DNA of 64,000 nt from Tubulanus polymorphus (taxonomy: Eukaryota; Animalia; Nemertea): assembly GCF_964204645.1 (NCBI RefSeq), contig NC_134027.1, positions 8,960,485 to 9,024,484 on the forward strand. Reading direction: 5' to 3'. A program made the translations under genes and the position numbers. Positions 11,901 to 23,900 of the stretch are shown here, one piece after another (position 1 is the stretch's first letter; every line of letters begins with the position of its first letter). Under the pieces are notes generated by a model. That model was given only the letters and a program-made list of their open reading frames with translations. It was not told where the DNA came from and ran no database searches.

Positions 11901-14900
11901 CTTAATGAAGCCCCTAAATAGAATAGTATAGAGCCGTTTTTGGATCTGACTCCAGGAGGTAACCTAGGGCTGGGCCCATATTTCCGTGAAGAATTTCTGT
12001 CAAGATATTACCATTAGATAGATGAGGTATATAATGAAGTTTATGTAACACAACAGAGCTATATCAGTTGACAGACTGCTTGTCAGGCATTGTTCACCAA
12101 CAACTGTATGAAATCTTCCATTTTACAGGCTCATTAGGCTGCTGCTAGGTAAATGAAAAATTTAGCGTTAACCTCGCAGTGTATCATGATATATATGCCA
12201 TTGTAGGGTTTATAGCAGTCATTGAAGGTCCTTAGAAGTATTGAAATGGGAATTGGTCTATTCCTTTGAGTTTTCATATTCCTATGGCTTTGAGTGTCAT
12301 GGATAGGCTCTAAAATTCTTAAATGATTGTCATGGTCCTTAGATGGCATCGCCTAACCACACCAAAAAAAACAGGTTGAAGCTTTTGGTCGCATATCAAT
12401 GGTGTATCGTATATCAGATCTAGGTATTGTTCGGCCTAGTACACTAGTCTGGTGATAATTCTCAACTCCAATGACGGCAATGATTCTGGACGATGCTAGT
12501 ATAAAGATTATATTCAAGTCCTGGAATCGGAGTCAAAGAGATTGGTCACACACACTATGAACCCAGCGGCAAAACCAAATTATTAAGCAGTTGATATTTT
12601 TTTCATAATAATGGTTTGAATTTTATTTCTATAAAGCAGACAAATAGACACTTTCAGACATTTCATGTACATCATATGAATACGGTGATATATTTGTACA
12701 CAATGTCGATATATTTGGTCCAAAAATTAAAATCATTGCACATTTTTTTACATCGATAACTTTAGGAGCACAATACTCAGATAACCGGTAAATTTTCCCA
12801 GTACAGCTAACTAAGTCCTTGTTAGCTAACCCCCTAATTTATCCGTGTTTATTCTTAAAAATTTTTTTTTTACTAGGGTACTGTACATTTTTTTTGAGGA
12901 GTTGAAAGTGATTTTTGTTTCATTAAGAAGGCAATCTTTCAATTTGAAGGAATCGCCGAAGAACAGTCAGTTTTTATCGGCAATTACATTCTGTACACAT
13001 GTGCTGATTGATCTGCATTATTCCTAAGTTGAATACGAAGTTAACAAACCTAGCGACGAGCGACATTCATCTGTCCCTTGATTATTTACACCGGGTAACT
13101 TCGACACTGGTGCCTTGTAGAAACCTAAATCATGAAATGCAATTTCGACAGGAACAGCATCCTTCCTTTGGGCGACATCAAGTTTAAACTTTCTCGCATT
13201 TAATTGAATAGAAACTCTCCCAGAAGCCCTGAATATGATCAGACTGTTTCAATATTCATGTCTCGCAGCAATTATTCAGAAACCTAAGTTGGAATACGCT
13301 TTTGAAGTTATTCGTTGCCAAAATAGATTTTTCTGAGCCCTGAGCTGGATGCGGAATAGCTCGTCATGGTCAGGGTGGCCACTGACCTGGAAATCAGGGA
13401 AAAGCCTGGGAAATTTATATTTTCTTTGAAAAAGTCGGGGAATAGTCCGGGAATTTTGTAAAAAAAGTTAAAATCAAGGAAAAGTGGGAGAAATTTGTTG
13501 AGTTTGCTAGATGGCATGTAAAATCAAACAGTTTTTGCTTATGTCTCACATACTTGTCTGTTAAATGAATTCAAAATAATGGCCACCCTGCTTCGTTCGT
13601 TCTGGCCAAAACCATGTCTGTATCATCCGGATCCGTTGTGGTACTGTGACATTGAAGGATTATTACACACTTAAATATAGATTATAGATTAGTTTGTCAT
13701 TATACTTCGTCATCAGTGGCAACAGTCGTGGTTGTGATGAGTCTTCGGCGCGGATCGTCGTTATCGACGGGTATCTCGACGTCGTCAGCATCGATGAATT
13801 GCGTCGCGTGCCCGTTGACGTGGTTGTTATTTTGTAATCCTTGTTTGACGACGACGTTGTTGTGCTCGCGGCGGCTGCCGGTCGCGTTCGCCTGGCGTTG
13901 ACTCCCGGCGGCGGACATCGTCGTGCCGGTGACCGTTTGTCGGTTTGTCGTGCGGAACATTTGCATCGACGTCTCGCTGCGGTCGGTGCTTTTGCGGCCG
14001 CAGAAAATCTGTAGGAACACACGTCGGAACTTGTTGCCGAACACGCAATAGAGCAGAAAGTTGATCGCCGAGTTGATGGCGACGAGCAGATTGCTGACTG
14101 TCGTGAATCGCGTGAAGAACCAGTGAGCGTGTAGATCGGCCATCGACACGATCGCAACGAAGATGTTGTCGATCAGCGCCGGCAGTTGACACACGAGAAA
14201 CACGATCACGACGACGATAACCATGATCGTCAGGTTGTTCTCGCGCGCCGTACGGGCGTTCATCTGGTTGCGCGCGCGTTGCGAGTCTTTCACTGCTCGT
14301 AACAACAGTATGTTCAACGTGAACAACAACAGGAATGGCAGTAGAAAAATGAAGAACAGATACATGTACGTTCGGTATATTTTCAGAAACACGACGTTGT
14401 TGCCTAGCTTCGACGGATGGATCTCGGGACAGTTGTGCGTCTCGTTGTCGAGGCGAGTCAAATCGGCCGGGCTGAACGTGTTCTTTTCCATCATGCGCGG
14501 AACGTTGTACAGTATCGACACGAACGACACGAGTAAACTGACTTTGATGGCGCGTTTCGGCGTGCACATGTTCGACGCCTGCAACGGTCGGCAAACGGCG
14601 ATGTAACGTTCGACCGTGAACGACACGGTGATGTAGATCGTGCCTGTCTGCCCGATCAACGCGAGCGGATAGACGACCGGATTCAGGTATGGGTACACGC
14701 AGCGGTAGCTGTCGTTCAGCATGCTTATCGTCATGCTCAGTATCATCATGATGAGCACGATGCAGTCGAACACGGCCTGCGCGATCAGGTAGCACGACAT
14801 GGACGAACGCATTCGCCGTCGGCTCAGCACGATCACGGCGAGCACGTTGCCGATGATGCCTAGAATGCAGATCGTTGGCGCCACCACACCGTAGACGCCG

Positions 14901-17900
14901 AACTGAAAATTTACGATTCCCGTATCGCTGTTCGTCGCTTCGCTGTCATTCATCGTGTTTTCACTGTTCGTTATCAACTATTACATCACTGAAACAGCAA
15001 ACAGAAAAAGATGTTATTTGATTGTCCATGGTTAGAACTATTAGGGTACCTACAACTTGATAACTGTAGAGTAGCCGTGTTAACCGCATTTAGAATAAAT
15101 AACATGACAAATAGTTCTGTAAACGTTTACTTTTAATTTGACGCACAAGCTTTTGCAACTTATGTACAGAAAAGAGTACATCAGGTGAATGATTACTTAA
15201 AAATTTTGATTATCCTTAGCACTACCTTAACTTGGTTTCTAATTTGGTTACCGCATTATAAGGCAAAAAAAAGTCTAGGTCCCAACTGTACCGATTTAGG
15301 CGTTGTTTACTGTACAACCCTTTAAAAGTATTTTCCATTTAGAAGGTGTTTATAAGTAAAGATTTTCTTACGAGACCACAGAATTAATGGTTTACCGAGA
15401 TAAACAGTACTGATTTAGGTGTCTACAGTAATTACGACTTATAGTGATGCAGACGCTTCCTCGAAATTTGAAATTTTCTTCTTTAAAACCCCTTGAAAAC
15501 TCCTGATATCCAGGAATGGCTGATCTGTAGGGAACCGGATATAACCTGGATTGTGATCAGAGATAGAATAAAAGAAAGTACACTCATTAATCGTCGTTTC
15601 TTGGGCGCATCCAGGTGAACGCTATGAATCGCGCTTTACCGTATAATTGATTTTTTCGTACATACGTCTAACTGATTAGGCTGATCGATGACATCAGCGC
15701 TTTTTTACGAGCGCCTATTAAGTTCTAATCGAGATCGTTTTAATGAACCTCGATAACGCTAATTCCTTTTCCTCCCAATTACTCTCTCCGGTACGCTGAG
15801 ATGAGTAGTGCTAATAGTACGCCGCGATTGATTTTCGGTCGGCGGATTAGTGCTTTTTCTACTACCCTTCATCAAATCGTTTACGCTAATTGGCGCCACT
15901 TGGCGTTCAATTCAATTCGCTTATTCAGTCAGTAAAATGCCTCATTTGAGCTTTCTCGTCACCTTTCCAGTATTTCTTATAGTTGTATGGTATAGTATAG
16001 TATATTCATTTTTCATAAGCCATACATACAGTGTAATAAGTCGATAATATTTTTAAGTGCACTTTATATGTGGTTATGAAGGATCCAGTTCTAGCCAGCT
16101 GGTTGTACTTAGAATAAAGGCACTGGACCCTGAGCAAGGTGAACAACAGGGTGATAATGATAATAATAATGATAATTGACGAGGATATACCACAATAATT
16201 CAGCCAAAAATGGAAAAGTTCTTGAATAAAAGTGTATTTGAGCAACGCTTTGGCTAAAGACATAAGCCATCATCAGCCATCATCTCTTGTACATTCATCT
16301 TACACGGATATTGGTGAATCTTTTTGACTAGAAGTAATAATAATAATGATAATGATAATAGTTATTATTATAATTATACAGCATTTTGATATGCCATACG
16401 TTGTTGATATGCCAATCAGATGCCATACCTTTTTATCTAGGCTATTGTTATCCGTTGATATTGTTGTAATGTTAATATCAAATGATGCTTTCAATTAAAA
16501 ATTGAAAACTTGCATAACTGCCAAACAAGGTCGCGCGCACACATTACATCGCACTTTTACATCAATAAACATCGAATGTCAATTTACGTCAAGCCGTGAT
16601 GGAGCTTTCAGTTGAATAAGTTTCATCAATATAAAAAAGAAGATATCTCCTATCGAAATAAGGTTTATATCGTGTTACTATAAAATCATAAGACGCTTTA
16701 AAAAGCTCGCTGATATCTCGGTATATTCAAAGAATTTAAAAATGTTATCAGCGTGTTGTCCCATTGAAATTGCCTATAATCCTTATTGATTTGAAATTCT
16801 TTCGCACCGAGGTTAGTCTTATCAGTAGAAAATAACTTGAAATATGATCATTATCTATATAACCTATGCACGGTCAGTTTTATAGACGGGTACCAGGGGC
16901 TGACTCAATTGAAAATTTTAACCCTCCGCCGGGTTGAAGTAAACACCAGTCCCTGAATGTAAAGTTCATGTTAAAGTTGCCTGGCATTTCGCAATAATTT
17001 AGGGATCATTTGTCTTTTCGCGCTGAATTTCAACACCTTTTGTTTGGGTTCGTCATCGGCTGGTGTTGTTGTTGTCGTGGACTTGTCGCTGGTAACTCCT
17101 AATGAATTTGTCTTGTGTAGGTTTCTCTTCCAGTTATTGTCCTCCGGCTTCGACGTATCGTCTTTCAGCTCGGAGCGATCATTCTGTCCATCGACGAAGT
17201 ACATTGGTATAAACGAGAGTTTAGTTTAGGGTGCGTTGTTTATACGCCCATATTCTCGAGTGATTTCGCTGATTAAACGTACGTGGTAACCCGCAGTCAT
17301 CATCGCACTCGATATTGTAATTTTCATTTATTTCTCCTGTATTAATGGGTCGTTTGTTAATATTTGTTCCCCCCCTCTCTCTCTCTCTCTCTTTGTTATG
17401 TAATCATTTGTCTCTGTTCCGTTCGTATGTGCATTTTATTGCATGTAATTTTGTTATCACTTGGAAGCTATTAATCTTTATTGGATTGAATGGATTTCGA
17501 ACACCACTATGGTATTTTGCAGCGGCAGATCCAGGGGGCCAAAGTGGACCGCCCTCCTATCTTTTGTCAAAATAAAATTTTTACAACCTGGTAAATTATC
17601 GCCGGTCATTTCGTCTTAGAATCATTTTGAATGCTCAGAAAATGATCAACTTTTTCAAAATTTTCTTGGGCCCCAAAAAACCCCTTAAAGACTTTATGTC
17701 TAGAGTGTTCATACCAAGTACAGGTATACAGTTATTATTTGACTTGAGAACTATACGTTGTTACAAAATTAAAAAGTGATGATAAGCTTGGGTTCATTGT
17801 TAATGTGGGAAAGGGTTTTGTTGGCCTTCTGGATGGAATGGTCAATTTTGAAAAAAAACATGGACATTTTTTAATGCCACATTGAGTATGTTATCTCTAG

Positions 17901-20900
17901 CTTGTTATTTCCAATCATTGTAATTCGGTGAAAAAAATTATTTTCGATGCGTTCATTTATTGATACATCAATCATGTTGTTTGACTTGTCATCTTTTTTC
18001 TTATTCTCGTTAGGTCATCGCCATCGCCCTCGAAGCGGGATAAGCTGGTAAGCGCAGATAAGAGAAAAGATATTCGAGCGGGTAACAGAAAACCTAAACG
18101 CGAAGATGAAGCGAAAAGGGATGATCTTGAGGCAACTTATCAGGTAAACGGACACTCTTTGCGATAAAGCTGGTCGGGTAACAAAAAGTGGAGTTTCACG
18201 TGACTAGAGAGCCATACTAGGTTTCCTGATAAGGACAGTGCGTTCATGTGAATGAATGCAATACTTTTTCAAAACCTCGCGATGATGGCTGGACCAATCA
18301 GTAAGCTGATCGTATGACAGTTTTTGCCAAGCTAAGTTGGTTCGATACAGGAGTATTTCATGGTCCTAATTTCTGTAGTTGAACACCAGTTGAGTTAAGA
18401 ACTTTAGTAATTTTTGGAACAATGCATTCCTAAGCGCTTCTTTCAAGTTCAAAGGAATGCAGCAATACCTTGCAGTAATCTTTTTTGAGTTGAGTAACAT
18501 TTCCTTCCCTGGAAGTACCAATGGGTGGTAACTTTACCAAATTTTATCATGAAATGTTATTATGAGCTGGACTTAAAAGCCACATTCACGCTACTATATT
18601 TAGAACGGTCTAAATTTGGACCGTTGCAATTTAGAAGGGACCAAGGTTCACACTACTAAAATACCAAAATGCTCATGGTGACATCATGATGATGTAGGGC
18701 CACTTATGGCTATCTGCAGCCAATTCAGCAATGCGAGTGTGAATGCACGCTTTGATTTGGTCCGTTCCAGATATGGACCAATTTGGAACAGTCTAACTAG
18801 TGGTAGTGTGAACACGGCTAAAATTGTTCTTGTCATAGTGCATTTGCTTTAGTCAAATCGGCTGTGAAAGACAAGACACGAATGTTAATAGTTAAGACTA
18901 TTTCCAGTCTTGAATATCAGTGAGCTGAAACCCACGATATAGATAAATCTTAACAAGTCGGAATGTTTGTTATCGCTTACATCAAACCTACTATTGTAAC
19001 AAATAGATTCTAAAATGAAGATGGGCGGAAATATAAAGTTAAAGGAGTACGACAAGAGCAGTTGTTTAGATTTACAACGTCAGCTTTCGCTGAGGTCGTG
19101 AAAGTTCTGAGGAACAGGAAATGTTGCGTCACGAGCAGCGCGATACTACTCTTTTTTTGCAGTCGGCTATCAATAAATTTTGGCGAAACAAATGAACTGC
19201 CGATGTATATAGAATCTCGGCTCATCGATGCGCGATTACCACCAGTCATAATCATTTCCGCGGGACACGTGTGGTCAGCGGGGAGACAGATGCAATTTGT
19301 CTTCTGCGCAACTGATTGCATCCACCAGCACCACCACCTATAGTGCCTCGACTGTGAATAATGAATTCTGCGCGCACCGTAACGATTATCCTTGATGCAA
19401 GAAAAAAGTATTCCACTAAATGACCGATGCCCCTGGATGCAAATCGAACTTATGAACAATTTTGCGTCCGGGCCAAGAACGCTTGCGTGATCGCTGCTAA
19501 TGTCTTATTGTCTGTGCTAGAATCACATATGAAATATTTCTCCGATCAATTATCATCGAGTTTGGATATCACTAAAATCTGACTTATTTACATATGGTTC
19601 AAAAAAATCCCAGGCAGAATTGGCTGTTACTAAAACATCCGACTGTCGTATATAAATTTGGGTTAATTTGAATTCACGGTTCTTATGGGTTTTGGAAAGT
19701 TTAGGAAAATTTGAATTTTCTTTCCAAGCCCTGGAAAAGCTGTGGAAATAGTATTTTCTCCATGGCTACGGAAAATCAGATTTGATACCATAAACACATT
19801 GTCGATGGTATTTGCTTGAATGGGCCTACATTGCCTGTTCTTGATAGGCGACATGAAACTTGGGGGTATGGAAAATTCATAATCCAGAAAAGAAAAAGTA
19901 TGGAAAATGAAATTCGGGAAACCCGTAAGGACCCTGCTCGATGAAATATAATCAGTTTTTAACCGATGTTTGCTGCTAGCAGGTGTGCTATCAAACTAAG
20001 AAAAATGTAGATATAGGTATAACGCCCTGGAGTTAAAAGTTTTATGTGTTAATGGTTCGATGCATAATGCAACACTTGACTTCTGGTTGTAATTTAAGAT
20101 TAAAGGATAGATATGATAGCTTTGCTATCAAAGAAGCCATAACGCAAAGCCGCCATTAAGCTGAAGCTTTAGTAAGCTTTATGGTATGTTTTGCAACTGC
20201 CGCGACGGGGCCTCGCAAAGCCGTATTGAATACACCAGTTTCAACGCGTCTATTCATAACAGTAGCAACAACCATTTCTATTGAATCCAGCGGCCTTTTT
20301 TTGCGATTGGGACGTAAGACAAGAAAATAAAACGATATACGATTTATCGCCGTGTACATTAAATTCTGCGGGTCATAAGTATTCATGAGTTTTCAACGAA
20401 AGAAAATAGAAGACCAATGCTGGCGGATCCTTTTCGTCCGACCAAAATTTTCAAACTTGTAGTCAATATCATGTCAATGCCATGTCATGACATTGCTCCA
20501 CAATTTGACACAAAATTCGTTGTTGTATTATAATCTTTTGGTTTCTGGTTAAAAAAAGTGTTCAGAATGCGCCAGAAAACATCTAATTTTCCTAAATTTC
20601 CTGGGAGAGGACCCACACCCCCTTGAGCAGCTTGATTGGCCCATCGGCAACCCCCTTTTCTCAAAATATTGAATCTGTCCCTGAAGAGGAAGGTAGTTAA
20701 CCCGTAAACTACCCAGTAGCCAGATAAAATCCCACTATTTACTGATTAAAAGAATTTAAAAACCAGAATTTATTTATTCAATCTAAAATATATAAAAGAC
20801 ACGACGTTTCGATCTCACCCTAGAGATCATTGTCAGGTGATCCGTTATCCGTTCACCACGTTTGAGTGTGGTTATCGTTCTACCGAGTAGCCGTTTAGTA

Positions 20901-23900
20901 AACCAGGACCCCCTATTCTGGAAAGGCGTATACACATTAGACATAACTTTCAATGGTGATTTAGTTATCCCAGGTAATCTCACAAAATCGATACCTGCAC
21001 CGCTGAACTGATTATTCAACTGATTTGGTCAGTTCCCTTTCATCTCCTCTGGATGATAAACATTGCAATATAACTGGCTGCAGACGGCTCTGTGGGAGTA
21101 TATAATTGAATTGAGATTTATCCGGGCGATATTCACTGAGCAATACTCACAAATCGATCAATTAATGATGAGCTGATTGTTATTACTGTTAGATCAATTG
21201 ACGTGCGGAGAAGTGGTATTTATGTAGAGTAATGATTTCAAGTGGGGATCTTAATTTCATTATTACAATGCAAGTCATTGAAGGTCTTTACCTGAACAAC
21301 CTAAACAAATACCGTAATGTTCAATAGCCGTGATCATACGAGCATTTTTGGCGCGGGCCAAATTTGCCCTGGTACAACTGTTCCCATGGGTCACAAATGG
21401 GCCCGTGCCTGTTGAGCCCGACCAAAATTTTAGAATGCGTCAAATTATTGTCTGTGATTTGCAACTGGATCTTGCAATGACTCCGATTTGTTTAAACTCT
21501 TTTTAGTATGGAGTGAGTGGTTTCCTTAGGCACGGGCCAAATTTGACTCGGGCCTGATCCGTGCCAATTTTGCGTGGGCTGAACCGTCTCTGTGCGATGG
21601 CGACTTATGACACCCCTTTTGGCATTTTGTAGTATAGACCCCGTTCTGAGAGCTTGCGTTGCTTGCAGCACTCTCACCCCATCAGCCAGTTCCGTAATAT
21701 CTCAGGGTAATCGGCAAAATAACACTCCCTGGTAACATAAAGACTGAAGTGCATATGTTTTGAAAAACGTGTATGTTGTACTGAATTCTTTCAGGCCGGC
21801 CCTTAGTGGTGGTTATATAAATTCCATCGGTTTTTTACACATCCACTGGACTTCTTTCATTCCTCATTTGAATGCGGGGCAGAGAATAATAGCTTCGGTT
21901 AACAAGTTGATTTATGAATAATTAATTGACTGTTCTTTGGGAAGCCTTATTTCCATTCATTCCGTGCAGAACTGTTCAAGTATTCACTGCTGCTGTAATT
22001 GTAGCTATGTACATGTTCTAGTAAGGCCGCGTGTTACTTCAGTTACTTCAAGAAATCTATATATTACTCATGGTTGGTAACTAAAACTGTAAATACCCAT
22101 TAGAAAGCAGTGCTTTCATTGTTACGCAGAGAATTTGGACTATAGGTTCATCATCAATGGGAAAATTGCTGATTGAAATTTTAAGATTCTTAAATACATT
22201 CATAACTTAGGGGTTTGGAAATTTATAACGTGGGTATGGAAAATGATATTGGCCAACTTGTTGGTACCTCTATACTTTTTGTATTGAGAATTTTTATGAA
22301 AATGACAACCTGCTTCGCACTCAACTTCTGAAGAACTTTTCCGAACTCCGATACGTATTCAACTCTGTCCAGTGCTTTTGAGTTGCTCTCTTTTGTAGCT
22401 ATCTTTTTTCGATAAAACAAACCCGGCAGTGAGGTGATGATCGTTCCCGGGTTGCGCTGAAATGAGCTGATATTATCCGCGGTGGTTTCACCGGGCAACG
22501 TCCCTGGATTTGGATGCGTTCTTCTCGAATAATCGCTAGCCGTAACTTAGTTCTTGGATGCGTTCTTCTCGAATAATCGCTAGCCGTAACTTAGTTCGTA
22601 CGCTCATCCGTTCGCCCTCAGAAGTTTTGCGTGATTTCTATCATTTTCTCTCGTCGCCCTCAACGATTCCACCCAATTTTCCCCCGGTGTTGGCTTTGTA
22701 ATGACATTGTTGTCGCGTGTGTACATCAAATGCTCAGAGGAAAAAATTTGTTCAAAGCGGCAAAATGGTGAAGATCAAGGCGACATCCGAAAATCTTGTT
22801 GATTTTTTCTGGCGTATCTAAAACAAGGGCTGAGCTGAATCAGTTGATCACAGTATCCGTGATGAGATGGTAAATATAAAATCCCAAAATAATTGAATGA
22901 CTGAAAGTTTAGAAATATTTCGGATGGTGTATGCCACCCTTCTTCGGTCTAAAATGATCCGTCAACCTCGACAAAGGTTTCAGTCCTCGTAGTAAACTCC
23001 TTTAAAAAAATGTCAGTGCTCAAGTCCCTATAAGCTAATGTGCAGTAATTCTCGTCTTGTTTTACATTTACTGTGTATTCATTTGAAATATCATTTAAGA
23101 CTGAAGAATGGGGCAGTAACCACCAAAATATTTCTATTCTTCTTATAAACATTTTACTCATTCAATTATTGTGGGGTTTTTTTTCGGGGTGAGTCGTCGT
23201 TTCATTATTCCATCTACCCTACTTTTCGTGATGTATCTCGGCAAAATTAAGTAATACGCCAAATTGACCGCGTATTACGCGCCGATGATCGGTCGTCGGA
23301 GTCGCTATCAATTTCTCGACGCTCGTTGGAAAGTTCCTTTACGGCACTTCCGGGGGTTTTCATTCATCAGTCATTAAATGTTAAGAGCTTTTTCTGGTAT
23401 TTTCCGTGTTTCCTGTTAATTGGCAAGATTTTATCGAGAACGGCTTCGTGCGATGCGCGAATTCGATATTCATCCTGTCGGTTTATGAGACAGGAACCGA
23501 TTCTTGAGGATGAAAGATTCTGCCGAGACTCAGTTGTGCAAAGGTTCGATAATCGATGTTAAAATGATTCATAAATAATTTGGATTCATTTTCAAATATA
23601 ACTTTCACCTATAGAACCCAGTATACCCCCTTTGGACTCCCCTTTTTGTCTTTTTTCTTTACTACGCTTTACAGTGTAGAAGTACCTTCTGTAACCTTTT
23701 CTTTTATGTAATAGTGATGATGACTGTATTTCTGTATTGTATCTATTAAGTAAAGAAATAAACTTATATATATATAATGAGAAAATATGATATTTTCATT
23801 GCAAAAAATTGTTCAGATGAAGATCAAATAATAAGGCCATTTTGGTTTTTTTAAAACTTAACAGCAACAAAAATAAGGCAAATACTGCAAATAATTAAGA

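Noticed and set aside
13663-14795. 322-aa and 164-aa alternative-frame ORFs and antisense ORFs over the GPCR
   Set aside because: Explained by the GC3/CpG-rich codon usage of the GPCR, which suppresses stops in shifted frames. The products are Arg-rich with no recognisable domain.
14954-14977. TTG start giving a 425-aa GPCR in the ORF track
   Set aside because: Eukaryotic gene: the first in-frame ATG is at 14953.
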